Shown here: positions 20,331 through 31,847 of the stretch, piece after piece
Numbering within the stretch: the first letter of the stretch is position 1
How the letters are laid out: the number at the start of each line of letters is the position of its first letter
Assembly: GCA_963749495.1 (NCBI GenBank)
Contig: CAVVMW010000004.1
Location: 96,001 to 160,000 of the forward strand
Source of the DNA: an uncultured bacterium
GTDB taxonomy: Bacteria > Verrucomicrobiota > Verrucomicrobiia > Limisphaerales > UBA8199
DNA length: 64,000 nt
Reading direction: 5' to 3'
Program-made: the position numbers and the translations under genes
Notes under the pieces: model-generated
Seen by the model: the letters and a program-made list of their open reading frames with translations, nothing else
The model's database searches: none
What the model was told of the DNA's origin: nothing

Positions 20331-21535
20331 TTGCCCCCTCCTGCCCAGATAAGGGTCAGGCCGGCGAGTCCGGAGGCCAGGAGGGCGCTGACGGCCAGGG
20401 CGCCGCTATTGGAATATTGGGGCAGGAAATAGATCGAGGCGGCGCCCACGGCCGGTCCGGCGAAGTTGCCCAGGCCAATGGCTGCCTCGTGCAGGCCCCC
20501 GTGTTCGCCTTTGGTGTCACCCACATCCATCGAGTAGAACAGGGAGGAGTAGTACATCAGGCCCACGGCGGCGCCGAACACCAGTTGTGCCAGCACCAAC
20601 ACGGCGAGGCTGGGGATGGTCAGAATCGCCGTAAAGGCGGCGATCAGGCTCAGGTAGGCCAGGAGCAGCCATCGGAAACGGTAGTGCCAGCCGTCCCAGC
20701 GCCACAACAGGAAGAACGCGCCGAGCCGGGCAAAACACCACACCGAGCAACAAAACCCGGCGAGCATCGTCGAGAAGTGGAGCCGAACCGCCAGGCCGGG
20801 GATGACGGCCACGAGCGTGGTGATGGCGATATAGGCGAAGGGATTGGCCAGCCAGGCCATGCGCAGGAATTTCCTGGCCGTGAGCGGCAACGGGGGACCG
20901 GAGGCGGAGGCAGGCAGCGCCGCTGCCCCGGCCTCCAGCGTAATCGGCCCGGTCCAGAAAGGCAGCCGGCGCGCCGCCGGCGCGGTCCGTGACTCCAGCC
21001 AAAACGTCAACCCGAGCTGGACGGCATGGATGGCCGCCGGGAGAAAGAACAGGCTCTTGCGGCCAAGCTGGGTCAACAGCGCGCCGCCGGAAAAGTTCGC
21101 GACGGCGGCCATGGCGGCCCAAACCACGTTGTAAATGCCCACCATCTGCTGCACGCCGGCGCGGCTCTCGCCTTCGCAGGCCAGGGCCTCCAGTGTCGGC
21201 CAGGTGAAGCACATCCCCGCCGCCGCGCAGATGACGGCCAGGATGTGGCCGGGCGCGGACTGGGCGCGCAGGCCCCCGAGCATGGCCGCCAGCATGACGC
21301 TCCAGCCCAGCTTGAGCGCGGTGAAATAACCGAAGCGCTGGGCAAACCTCCCGCCAAACCACGCGCAGACCGCGCAAACCGCGCCGTTCATCGCCGCCAG
21401 CCCCAGGTTGGCCTTGTTGTCAAAGCCATACTCGGTCCGCATGAAAAAGTAGATGTAGAAGAAGAAATAGACCACCACGAACGAGTTCAGGGCCTCGAGC
21501 AGGAAAACGCCGGGTTTGACTTTGCGCAGCGGCAT
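20309..21535 (-). CDS. MFS transporter
   Basis: About 12 hydrophobic segments; GRFAQRFG loop motif. Confidence 0.85.
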   Translation of the reverse strand: MPLRKVKPGVFLLEALNSFVVVYFFFYIYFFMRTEYGFDNKANLGLAAMNGAVCAVCAWFGGRFAQRFGYFTALKLGWSVMLAAMLGGLRAQSAPGHILAVICAAAGMCFTWPTLEALACEGESRAGVQQMVGIYNVVWAAMAAVANFSGGALLTQLGRKSLFFLPAAIHAVQLGLTFWLESRTAPAARRLPFWTGPITLEAGAAALPASASGPPLPLTARKFLRMAWLANPFAYIAITTLVAVIPGLAVRLHFSTMLAGFCCSVWCFARLGAFFLLWRWDGWHYRFRWLLLAYLSLIAAFTAILTIPSLAVLVLAQLVFGAAVGLMYYSSLFYSMDVGDTKGEHGGLHEAAIGLGNFAGPAVGAASIYFLPQYSNSGALAVSALLASGLAGLTLIWAGGGKRQKAKG

Positions 21536-21548
21536 GGTGGTCGGAGAA

Positions 21549-21605
21549 TGAAACGTGAAACGTGAAACGTGAAACGTGAAACGTGAAAGGTGAAACGTGA
21601 AAGGT
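21549..21605. repeat. Heptamer array (tgaaacg/tgaaagg) x~8
   Basis: Visible directly. Confidence 0.9.
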
Positions 21606-21663
21606 GAGGCGGGAAGGTGGGCCGAGATCTGTCTCTAGCGCGGACTCTGCGCGTGGGGTCCGG

Positions 21664-22164
21664 TCAGTAATCGTAGAGCCCGCTGTCGTGGGTGTAGCCG
21701 CCGCCGCCCGGGCCGCCGCCCTCCTCCTCGCCGCCCATGAACTCGCCGAGCACGTCGCCCATATCGGCCTCGATTTTCTCCGGGTCTTCGCCCGCCTCCA
21801 GGCGTTTGATGGCCACGTCGAGGTCCTTGGGCACGGTCCCCGGCGGCATGAGGTCCTTCATCTTGCGCATCATGTGGGCCATGTGACGGGGGTTGTTTTC
21901 GTCCATGTGCTCCATGTCGCGCTCCAGTTCCTGCATGGTGCGCTCGACACGCGGGTCATCCAGGTCAGGCATGGGGCCTTCCTCGGACTCGGTCTTGGCG
22001 GCGGGTTCCTTGAGGCCGCGGGGCATTGCGAAGGGGCTGAGCTGCCTGGCCATCTCCCGGTTGCCGCACTTGGGACACACCGGCAGCCGCTCGGGATTGA
22101 CCCGCTGGGACAGGAAACTGAAAATGACCCTGCACTTGGGGCAGGCATATTCGTAGATCGGCAT
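21664..22164 (-). CDS. FmdB-family zinc-ribbon protein
   Basis: MPIYEYACPKC...CPKCG with an acidic helical tail. Confidence 0.85.
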   Translation of the reverse strand: MPIYEYACPKCRVIFSFLSQRVNPERLPVCPKCGNREMARQLSPFAMPRGLKEPAAKTESEEGPMPDLDDPRVERTMQELERDMEHMDENNPRHMAHMMRKMKDLMPPGTVPKDLDVAIKRLEAGEDPEKIEADMGDVLGEFMGGEEEGGGPGGGGYTHDSGLYDY

Positions 22165-22223
22165 AACATCCAATAAAACAGCGCGAAGAATCTACCGCAA
22201 AGCACCCCGCGCGCAAAGGGGAA

Positions 22224-22465
22224 ATGACGAACGAAATGACGAATGACGAATGACGAATGACGAATGACCAATGACCAATGACGAATGACGAATGACGAAT
22301 GACGAAGGGAAAAGCGGCGGGAGGCGCCGCACACCAGGCGCTTCGCGGACCAGGGACGGGCGGCCCAAATCTTGATCATTCGTCATTCGTCATTCGTCAT
22401 TCCCGTCTCATTCGTCATTCGTCATTCGTCATTCCCGTCTCATTCGTCATTCGTCATTCGTCATT
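22224..22465. repeat. Inverted pair of heptamer arrays, (gaatgac)n ... (gtcattc)n
   Basis: About 11 units at 22224-22305 and the reverse-complement array at 22376-22465. Confidence 0.93.
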
Positions 22466-22509
22466 CCGGCGCTTGCCGGCGGCTGGTTTTTTGAGACAAT
22501 GCGCCCGAG

Positions 22510-23542
22510 ATGAACTCATCGCTCAACGGCATGTTGGAAATCATCCTGGTCACCTACAACCGGGCGCGGTACCTGGATGCGACGCTGGAGAAACTGCGCA
22601 GCAGCCCGCTGGCCGGGTGCAAATTCACGGTCATCGATAATGGCTCGACGGACGCCACGCCCGAGATCTGCCGTAAATACGCCGCGTTGTATCCCGACTT
22701 CCACATCTGCCGGAACCGGTTCAATGTGGGCATCAGCGGCAACTACCTCCGCGCGCTGGAGACCGCCACAAGCGAATACACCTGGATTCTTTGCAACGAC
22801 GACAATTACGACTTTTCGCACTTCGACGAGATCGTCGAGGCGGTCACGTCGCGCAAATACGACATCATCTCGGTGGGGGTGCCCAATCACAGCGTCCTGC
22901 CGCGCGGGACGGTCATCCGGGCGCCCGAGCTGATCCGGGACCGCCGCTACAACTTCTTCTACACCGGCTCGTTCATCCCCTGCACCATCTTCCGCACCAG
23001 CCTGGTGGCGCCGGAGATGGTCCTCAAGGGCTACTACAACATCCACACGATCTACTCGAACCTCTTTTTCTTCGTCTATGCGGTCAAGCAGAACGCCCTG
23101 GTCTATGTCACCCGCTATGACTTCATCATCAACCGCCAGGAGAACGTCGGCTACCGTCCCCTGCACCTGGTGGCCGGCTGGATGATGGTGGCCCAGGAGG
23201 TCATGAGAGACGACAAGGCGATCGGCAAGGCCATGATGCACGAGATGCTCGGGCGCTATTATTACCCCCAGAAGATCTTCCAATACACCGTGTTCCAGCG
23301 CGGCTTCGCCAACCGGAACACCTGCCACGACGCCTTCCGCCTGGCCATCGAGAGCTTCAAAGCGGGCCCGAATCTGGGGCCTCAAAGTCCTCCCGTTTAT
23401 CGTGCTCATCACCTGCTTCCCTCCTGTCGTCAGCCGCCTGCTCTGGAGGGCCGGCGAGAAGTTCATCGAGAAGAAAGAGGGCCGGAAAATCAAACGGCCC
23501 GAGAACATCGAGTTCGGCGACAAGGCAGGCTACCGGGGATAA
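22510..23542 (+). CDS. Family 2 glycosyltransferase (probable frameshift near 23375)
   Basis: IILVTYNR, IDNGSTD, WILCNDDNY; a plausible C-terminus (WGLKVLPFIVLITCF...YRG*) lies in another frame. Confidence 0.8.
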
Positions 23543-23674
23543 ATTTCCCTTCGGGACGAACCTTTGGCGCAACACACCCGGTTCCTCGGGGGAACCCCGC
23601 ATTGTCGAGGTAAAGTACGGAAATCGCGTTGGCGGATCTTGCCAAGTTGCCAGGACGGAGACATACTGAACGTC

Positions 23675-23938
23675 ATGACAGAAACGCTGAATATCTCGTT
23701 GGCGCCGGGCCAATTGGCGTGGCTCAAGGCGCGCAAAGAGGAGGAGGGCTTCGCTACCGCCAGTGATGTGGTGAGGGACCTCATCCGCCAGCAGCAGGAA
23801 AAGGAGCGAGCGGACCTCCGCGCCGAGTTTGAATTGCTCAAGGGTGACGGAGCGGCCGGAGTTGAGCCTGTGGAGGAGATCATGAGGGTGGTCAGCAAGG
23901 TAAAAAAGGAGCGGCGTGAGGCCTCTCGCCGTTCTTGA
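23675..23938 (+). CDS. Ribbon-helix-helix (ParD-like) antitoxin
   Basis: TLNISL...GFATASDVVRDLIR; overlaps the PIN gene; TTGCCA-17-CATACT promoter ends 7 nt before the ATG. Confidence 0.8.
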   Translation: MTETLNISLAPGQLAWLKARKEEEGFATASDVVRDLIRQQQEKERADLRAEFELLKGDGAAGVEPVEEIMRVVSKVKKERREASRRS

Positions 23939-24338
23939 TTCCTCGGTGGTTGTCGCCGGGATTGGCTGGAGCGGCGGCGATGCCCGGAGGATTTTGGTTC
24001 TGCTGGCCCAGCGAGGTTTTAGCTCGTTGCGCACCCCGTGGCTGACGGCGGAGTGGAGTGAGGCCACTCAGCGTGTCTCAGAAGAAATCCGCTGGGAGAA
24101 TCCCAATTGGCCCGGTTGGCTGGACTGGCTAAAGCGCGCCTCGGTTTTGCTGGATGACCCTCCACGCAAGCGGATCGTGCGCCGGGACCCGAAGGATGAT
24201 CCGGTCGTCGCAGCCGCGGTCTCCGCGGGAGCGCAATATCTGGTCGCCTACGACAAGGATCTGCTCGACCTGCAAAGGCCGTACGGTGTGCATTGTGTGA
24301 CCCCAGGCCTGTTCCTTTCCGCTGTCCTCAAGGGCTGA
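23916..24338 (+). CDS. PIN-domain toxin
   Basis: AVLDSSVVV, RDPKDDPVVAAA, LVAYDKDLL. Confidence 0.85.
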   Translation: MRPLAVLDSSVVVAGIGWSGGDARRILVLLAQRGFSSLRTPWLTAEWSEATQRVSEEIRWENPNWPGWLDWLKRASVLLDDPPRKRIVRRDPKDDPVVAAAVSAGAQYLVAYDKDLLDLQRPYGVHCVTPGLFLSAVLKG

Positions 24339-24391
24339 GCAAAGGCGCTTCGGCGCTCCGGCGCGCAAAGATCAAGGGCAAGATGGACCGA

Positions 24392-24508
24392 GTCCCGAAG
24401 GGACGGTTGAAACCACCGGGTTTCAGCCGTCCCTTCGGGACTTATTGGTCGCTAACGGTTCAACCCAACGTTGAAACGTTGGGCTATTGTCGAATGTCCC
24501 TTCGGGAC
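24392..24508. repeat. REP-like palindrome cluster (gtcccgaagggac family)
   Basis: gtcccgaagggac...gtcccttcgggac and cccaacgttgaaacgttggg; same family at 41933-42120. Confidence 0.8.
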
Positions 24509-24513
24509 ACAAC

Positions 24514-25947
<1,434 letters not shown>

Positions 25948-25949
25948 AC

Positions 25950-26498
25950 TTATCCGAACTTGAGCTGGACGCCTTCCAATTTGGGTTGGCGGCCCTCGCT
26001 GAGCGCGAGCAAGACGGCCTTGATGCGCTGGGCCGGGGGCGGGCAGCCTGGCATGAAGCAATCCACGTGGACCGCCTCGTGGAGCGGCTGCACCCGTTCG
26101 AGCAACTCCGGCACGATGCCCGGCTCGCGCGGTATCGCGGGGTTGGACTGGGCGTTCTGGACGTAGGCGCACTGGAGCACGCTCTGCCCGTTGTCCACGC
26201 CAAGCTGGTTGCGGATGGCCGGCACATTGGCCGTCACCGCGCAGTCGCCGAACGCCACTACCACCTTGGTGCGCCGGCGCACTTTGTGAATCATCTCCAG
26301 GTTGTCCTGGTTGCAGACCGCGCCTTCCACCAGGCAGACGTCCACGTTCTCCGGGTATTCCTTGATGTCGAGGAACGGGCTGAAGACCAGGTCCATCTTG
26401 GCGGGCAGCTCGATCAGGAACTCGTCGAGGTCCAGGAACGACATGTGGCAGCCCGAACAGCCGCCCAACCAGACCGTAGCTACTCTGAGGCGATCCAT
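25950..26498 (-). CDS. hoxY: Bidirectional hydrogenase small subunit
   Basis: [20 protein letters not shown]. Confidence 0.92.
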   Translation of the reverse strand: MDRLRVATVWLGGCSGCHMSFLDLDEFLIELPAKMDLVFSPFLDIKEYPENVDVCLVEGAVCNQDNLEMIHKVRRRTKVVVAFGDCAVTANVPAIRNQLGVDNGQSVLQCAYVQNAQSNPAIPREPGIVPELLERVQPLHEAVHVDCFMPGCPPPAQRIKAVLLALSEGRQPKLEGVQLKFG

Positions 26499-27202
26499 TG
26501 CTTTTTCTCTCTTGCGGTGACGATGAATTCGAGTTTCGAGCGGTCCCGCTCCATCTCGGAGACGGTCGCGCCCTTGTAGAACAGGGCGCCGGTGGGGCAG
26601 GACATGACGCACTTGCCGCAGTTGGTGCAAGTATCCGACGCGCCCCAGGGCTGGCTGAGGTCGGTGATGATGCGGGCGCGGGCGCCGCGGCCGGAGACGT
26701 TCTTGGTGCCGGCGCCCTCGATGTGCCAGCAGACGCGCACGCAACGGCCGCACAGGACGCACCTGTTGTGGTCCATGCCGAAGAGCGCGTGCGTGTTATC
26801 GACCTCCCACCGGGGGAACCGGTAGTCATAGCGCACGTGCTCCATGCCCAGGCTCCAGGCCAGGGTCTGCAGTTCGCAATGGCCGTTGGCCACGCACACC
26901 GCGCAGACGTGGTTGCGTTCGGCAAAAAGCAGCTCGAGGGCCATCCGCCGGTACTTGCGGAGCCGTTCGCTGTCGGTCTTGACGTCCATGTCTTCGGCGA
27001 CCTTGGTGGTGCAGGCGGGCAGCAGCTTGGGCACGCCGGCCACTTCCACCAGGCAGAGGCGGCAGGCCCCCACGTCGTACACCCCGTCCAGGTGGCAGAG
27101 CGTCGGGATCGTGATCCCCGCCTCGGTGGCGGCGCCGAGAATCGTCGCCCCCTCCTCGGCGCTGATCGGCGTCCCGTCAATCGTTAAGGTCTTCGCAGCC
27201 AT
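26480..27202 (-). CDS. hoxU: Diaphorase Fe-S subunit
   Basis: [40 protein letters not shown]. Confidence 0.92.
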   Translation of the reverse strand: MAAKTLTIDGTPISAEEGATILGAATEAGITIPTLCHLDGVYDVGACRLCLVEVAGVPKLLPACTTKVAEDMDVKTDSERLRKYRRMALELLFAERNHVCAVCVANGHCELQTLAWSLGMEHVRYDYRFPRWEVDNTHALFGMDHNRCVLCGRCVRVCWHIEGAGTKNVSGRGARARIITDLSQPWGASDTCTNCGKCVMSCPTGALFYKGATVSEMERDRSKLEFIVTAREKKQWIASE

Positions 27203-27307
27203 AGGCTAAGCGGGTATGCAGAATAAATGTGCCATTAGCGATTGACGCGTGCTCGCCTCCATATGCGAGGTTCCGCTTGACCAGACCGTCCGGAGGGCCA
27301 CGGTCTC

Positions 27308-27517
27308 CGGCCCAAAGGGCCGGCAGAACCTAGCCCAGGGCTGAGGCCGCCAGGCCGATGCCCTGGGACAGGTGTGCCCCGGAGCCGGCGCGCCCTGAAG
27401 GGGCGCCGGAGCGCTCTGGCGCCCCTTCAGGGCGCCGGGCCCGCGTCTGTGGCCAAACCCAGGGCATCGGCCTGACGGCCTCAGCCCTGGGCTAGGTTCT
27501 GGCGGCCCGTAGGGCCG
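27308..27517. repeat. ~210-bp nested inverted repeat (REP-like) between hoxF and hoxU
   Basis: agaacctagcccagggctgaggcc / ggcctcagccctgggctaggttct arms with an inner gccctgaaggggcgcc / ggcgccccttcagggc pair. Confidence 0.85.
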
Positions 27518-27555
27518 CGAGGCAAGATACGGAGCGCAGCTCATTCGCTTTAAAG

Positions 27556-29256
27556 TCAATGTTGAGTCGTCGACGGGTGCGCCGCCACCTTTCCCGCCTC
27601 ATGTCCATCTGGCCCGTAGGTGTCTTCCACGAGCAAGTCAGTGTATTCTTTGCGGAAGAAGCGCAGGGTGCTGAGCACGGGATTGGGGGCGGTCTGGCCC
27701 AGGCCGCACAGGCTGGTGTGGCGGACCATGTCACAGAGTTCCTCGAGTTTGGCCAGGTCGCGGGCGGTGGCCTTGCGGGCGAGGATCTTCTCGAGCAGAT
27801 GGTGCATCTGGACCGTGCCCGCGCGGCAGGGGATGCACTTGCCGCACGATTCGTCCATGCAGAATTCCATGAAAAAGCGCGCCACGTCCACCATCCCGGT
27901 CGTTTCGTCCATCACGATCATGCCGCCCGAGCCCATGATGGAGCCGAGCTTGCCCAGCGAGTCATAATCCACGGGTGTGTCCAGGGCCTCGGCGGGGATG
28001 CAGCCGCCGGAGGGGCCGCCGGTCTGCACGGCCTTGATTTGGGCGCCGTTTGGGGCGCCCCCGCCCATGGTCTCGACGATGTGCCGCAACGGGGTGCCCA
28101 TGGGCACCTCGATCAAACCGGTGTTGGTGATCTTGCCCGCCAGGGCGAAGACCTTGGTGCCTTTGCTCTTGTCGGTGCCGATGCCGGAGAACCACTCGGC
28201 GCCGTTGCGAATGATCGGCGGCACGTTGGCGAAGGTCTCGACGTTGTTGATCAGGGTCGGGCAGCTCCACAGGCCGCTCTCGGCGGGGAAGGGGGGGCGG
28301 GGACGCGGCGCGCCGCGTTTGCCCTCGACCGAGGCCATGAGCGCGGTCTCCTCGCCGCAGACGAAGGCCCCGGCGCCGATGCGCAGGTCAATGTTGAAAT
28401 TGAAGGGCGACTCGAAGATGCCGCTGCCCAGCAGATCGTGCTGTTTGGCCTGCTTGATGGCGGTCTGCAGTCGGCTGATGGCCAGCGGGTATTCGGCGCG
28501 CACATAGACGAAGCCCTGGTTGGCGCCCACGGCATAAGCGGCCACCGCCATGCCCTCCAGCACGCTGTGCGGGTCGCTCTCCAGCACGCTGCGGTCCATG
28601 AACGCCCCGGGGTCGCCTTCGTCGGCGTTGCAGATCACGTACTTCTGCGGATTGGCGGTCTTGGCCACCGTGGCCCATTTCAGGCCGGTCGGGTAACCGG
28701 CGCCGCCGCGCCCGCGCAGCCCGCTCTTGATCATTGTCTCGACGACCTCCTTGGGAGCCATCTCGCGCAGGACCTCGTGCAGGGCTTGGTAGCCCTGGGC
28801 GGCGATGTAGGACTCGATGCGTTCCGGGTCCACGTAGCCGCTGTTGGCCAGGACGATGGGTTTCTGGCTCGTGAAGAAGGGGTGGGCGGGGTCGCCGCGC
28901 GCCACGCCGGCCGGGCTGCCATTGAGGGAGGCGATCACGGCGGGGGCCGCTTCGGGCGTGACCTTCAGATAGAGCGGGCCCTGGCCCTGGCCCTCGACGC
29001 GCACCGTGGCCCCGTCGGCCTCCGGCCTCGAATCGATCTGGACCAGCGGACCCTGGCAGCACAGTTTCATGCACCCCACCCCGCGCACCTCGACCTCGTC
29101 CCGCAGGCCCGCCTCAGTGACGGCCTTTTCGAGGGCCTCCTTGACGCCTTTGGAATTGGACGACATGCAACCGGCCGCCATGCAGCAGCGGACCAGGTGC
29201 TTCTTGTGCGAAGCCCGTTCCTTTTCCGCTATCTCAATCAGGTCGTCAATGATCAT
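27556..29256 (-). CDS. hoxF: Diaphorase flavin subunit (NuoF-like)
   Basis: [43 protein letters not shown]. Confidence 0.93.
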   Translation of the reverse strand: MIIDDLIEIAEKERASHKKHLVRCCMAAGCMSSNSKGVKEALEKAVTEAGLRDEVEVRGVGCMKLCCQGPLVQIDSRPEADGATVRVEGQGQGPLYLKVTPEAAPAVIASLNGSPAGVARGDPAHPFFTSQKPIVLANSGYVDPERIESYIAAQGYQALHEVLREMAPKEVVETMIKSGLRGRGGAGYPTGLKWATVAKTANPQKYVICNADEGDPGAFMDRSVLESDPHSVLEGMAVAAYAVGANQGFVYVRAEYPLAISRLQTAIKQAKQHDLLGSGIFESPFNFNIDLRIGAGAFVCGEETALMASVEGKRGAPRPRPPFPAESGLWSCPTLINNVETFANVPPIIRNGAEWFSGIGTDKSKGTKVFALAGKITNTGLIEVPMGTPLRHIVETMGGGAPNGAQIKAVQTGGPSGGCIPAEALDTPVDYDSLGKLGSIMGSGGMIVMDETTGMVDVARFFMEFCMDESCGKCIPCRAGTVQMHHLLEKILARKATARDLAKLEELCDMVRHTSLCGLGQTAPNPVLSTLRFFRKEYTDLLVEDTYGPDGHEAGKVAAHPSTTQH

Positions 29257-29779
29257 GGGCCAGCCATCCTTTCACATGGTCCAGGGCCGATTCCGGAGTC
29301 TGCCGGGGCGTGACGGCCCCGTCATAGACCACCGCCGGGGCAATCCCGCACGCCCCGATGCACCGCGCCGTCGCCAGCGACAACTCGTTGTCCGGCGTGG
29401 TTTCTCCCGGCTTGATCTTCGCCTTGTCCTGGATGGCGGCCAGCACCTTGTCGGCCCCCTTCACGTAACACGCCGTGCCCATGCAGACCACGCAGGTGTG
29501 CCGGCCCTGGGGTTTGAGGGTGAAAAAGTGGTAGAAGGTGGCCACGCCATAGACGCGGCTGGCGGGCAGCTTGAGCTTATAGGCGATGAAGAGCAGCAGG
29601 TCGTCTTCGAGGAAGCCGAACAACTCCTGCGCCTTGTGCAGGACCTCGATGAGGGCATCCTGTTTGAACTGGTACTTCTTCATGTGCGCCTCGAGGACCT
29701 TGAAGCGTTTGTCGCCGCTGGCGTGCTCCAGGATCCCGGGCAGCCGGTTCTTTTTCTTGTTTGAAAGCGTTGCCATCAT
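29246..29779 (-). CDS. hoxE: Diaphorase 2Fe-2S subunit (NuoE-like)
   Basis: [26 protein letters not shown]. Confidence 0.92.
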   Translation of the reverse strand: MMATLSNKKKNRLPGILEHASGDKRFKVLEAHMKKYQFKQDALIEVLHKAQELFGFLEDDLLLFIAYKLKLPASRVYGVATFYHFFTLKPQGRHTCVVCMGTACYVKGADKVLAAIQDKAKIKPGETTPDNELSLATARCIGACGIAPAVVYDGAVTPRQTPESALDHVKGWLAHDH

Positions 29780-29935
29780 ATCGCTCTGCCTGCATCGGGG
29801 TTGCCGAACGGGTCGGCGCGGATGGTATGGTGCGCGGAAGAGTCCCGGCGAATCCCAGGAGTAACCTAGCAGCAGTTGGCCGATCTGCTGCCCCGGAATT
29901 GGCAATTGATCCACATTTTTTGCGCACATCCGCGG

Positions 29936-30146
29936 GCGTCGCGCAGCAACGCAATGATGGTAGCCGTGGACCTCGGTCCACGGTTCAGAGCGCTGGAGGG
30001 GCCACGCGCCGCGTAGCGACGCTTGAAACCAGGCTTCTATCTGCCAGGACCGAGGCGTCAGGCGTCGCTACGCAACGCGGCACCATTCCCACGCCCCGAA
30101 CCGTGGACCGAGGTCCACGGCTACCTTCAGGCACCGCTACGCGGTG
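29936..30146. repeat. REP-like nested inverted repeat
   Basis: ggtagccgtggacctcggtccacggttc / gaaccgtggaccgaggtccacggctacc arms; inner cgtagcgacgc / gcgtcgctacg. Confidence 0.85.
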
Positions 30147-30177
30147 ACGGAACTCCGGCTCCCGGCACGAACACCGC

Positions 30178-30597
30178 TCACTCGCCGATGATCTTCACCA
30201 GCGCCCGCTTGCGGCGCCGCCCGTCGAATTCGCCGTAGAAGATCTGCTCCCAGGGCCCGAAATCGAGCCTGCCCTTGGTAATGGCCACGACGACCTCGCG
30301 ACCCATGACCTGGCGCTTCATGTGGGCGTCCGCATTGTCCTCGCCGGTCCGGTTGTGCTGGTACTGGGAGGTCGGCGCGTGCGGCGCCAGTTTCTCCAGC
30401 CAGACATCGTAATCGTGCAGCAGCCCTTCTTCGGCGTCATTGATAAAGACCGAGGCGGTGATGTGCATGGCGTTGACCAGGCAGAGCCCTTCCTGGACGC
30501 CGCTCTTGCGGACCAGGCCCACGACGTTTTCCGTGATGTTCACAAACCCGCGGCGGTTGAGCACTTCGAACCAGAGATATTCGGTGAGGCTTTTCAC
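30178..30597 (-). CDS. yjbQ: YjbQ/UPF0047 family protein
   Basis: [28 protein letters not shown]. Confidence 0.9.
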   Translation of the reverse strand: MKSLTEYLWFEVLNRRGFVNITENVVGLVRKSGVQEGLCLVNAMHITASVFINDAEEGLLHDYDVWLEKLAPHAPTSQYQHNRTGEDNADAHMKRQVMGREVVVAITKGRLDFGPWEQIFYGEFDGRRRKRALVKIIGE

Positions 30598-30989
30598 GGC
30601 TTGCTAAATGCCACAGGGGACGAATCCACGCAACCCTTATTCAGGATTTGCTTTGCGTTCACGCGGCGCCGTCTGAAGCGCTGGCGCACGGTTATCGGGA
30701 CGCCGCTGTTGAACTCGGGCGAAACTCGTCAGGAAGAGCAGGCCGTTGGGGGCGGATTCCTTCGCTCGCGTGCAGGAACTCTTTCTTCGGGCGGCCTCTT
30801 TTTGGGGCCGTTTTCAATAAGTGTTTTGCCTGTGTGAGGCTTTAAGTGATCGCCGGCACGGCAGAGACAACCACCAACTGCTCCGCCAGGCCCTCAAAGA
30901 AGCCCCCTGGACTCAGCGTTGAGGCCTCCCACCTTTTCACGACCAACCCCCACCCCATGAACCCCAGCGCCGGGCTCCCTGGCTGACGC

Positions 30990-31203
30990 TGCTCCAATGG
31001 ATTGGCTTGCCCAGCCAGTTGACGGTGCGCGTGGTCAAGGGCAGTTGCTATCACAAAGGCTTCCGCGTACGCCAGGTCAAACTGGTGACCACGCTCTTGG
31101 ACCCAGAACTCTACCCCGCCGCAGGTTCCGCGATCATCCCAAACGCCACACACGCCGCACCAGGGCCCGTTTGCGCAAGCTCGGTCTTATGTAAGCGCCA
31201 TTC
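30990..31203 (+). mobile_element. IS4-family transposase remnant (internally deleted)
   Basis: LPSQLTVR...GFRVRQVKLVTTLLDPELYPA resembles the IS4 DDE segment preceding the YxxRWxIE motif, which is absent; a basic C-terminal scrap ends at 31194. Confidence 0.6.
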
Positions 31204-31320
31204 CCCTCTCCATGAACCCGTGAGGAGGCCCGCGAGGTTTTGGACTGCGGCAGTCCAAAACGCTTCGCGGGACGGGAACGCAGTGTCGAGGTTCAGGGGC
31301 CTCCGGCGCGCTCCCCGATT

Positions 31321-31587
31321 TCACCCGGCCTGCTGTCGTTTTGCTCTGCCCTTGAGGGAGGCGGCCCGCGCGTTCCGGCGCGGAGCGCCGCGGACCTGTT
31401 TGCGGATCTTGCGCACCTGGCTGGCCAGGCCCTTCTCGACGTGGTTGCGCCAAACCACGCGGCAAGGGCACGCCGGGTTCGGGCAGTTCTTCAGGCGGGC
31501 CAGTTGTTCGCGCCTCGCTCTGACCAGGGCCGTAAGCCGGAGCAACTCGGACTCCAGATGAAGGACCTGGCGTTCTTTGCCTTTCAT
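31321..31587 (-). CDS. Small basic hypothetical protein, coiled coil plus CPNPACPC
   Basis: 88 aa, ATG start, coding-like composition. Confidence 0.55.
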   Translation of the reverse strand: MKGKERQVLHLESELLRLTALVRARREQLARLKNCPNPACPCRVVWRNHVEKGLASQVRKIRKQVRGAPRRNARAASLKGRAKRQQAG

Positions 31588-31663
31588 GATGGTTGTCGCA
31601 ACTGTTCAAAATAGCCCGAATCGGGCGGGGCGCAAGTGGGGTTGGCGCGCAGGAGCAGCCAGA

Positions 31664-31835
31664 GGCGCATCCTGACACTGCCCCCGGAGTGCGCCCGTCC
31701 CCGGGCGCAGCAGCGACAGAGCGGGAAAGCGCGCTGGAGTGTTTGACCGCTGTCCTGGATCCGGACGTCGCTGCGCCCGAGGACGGGCGCACTCCGGTCC
31801 GGCCCCCGGCGGTGGGGGCAATGTCGGGATGCGTC
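31664..31835. repeat. Nested inverted repeat (MITE/REP-like)
   Basis: Outer ggcgcatcctgacactgccccc / gggggcaatgtcgggatgcgtc; inner ggagtgcgcccgtcc / ggacgggcgcactcc. Confidence 0.8.
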
Positions 31836-31847
31836 CAGCGGCCGGGC

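Noticed and set aside
21870..22640. ORFs containing IRHSSFVIRH-type text
   Set aside because: Translations of heptamer arrays, not proteins.
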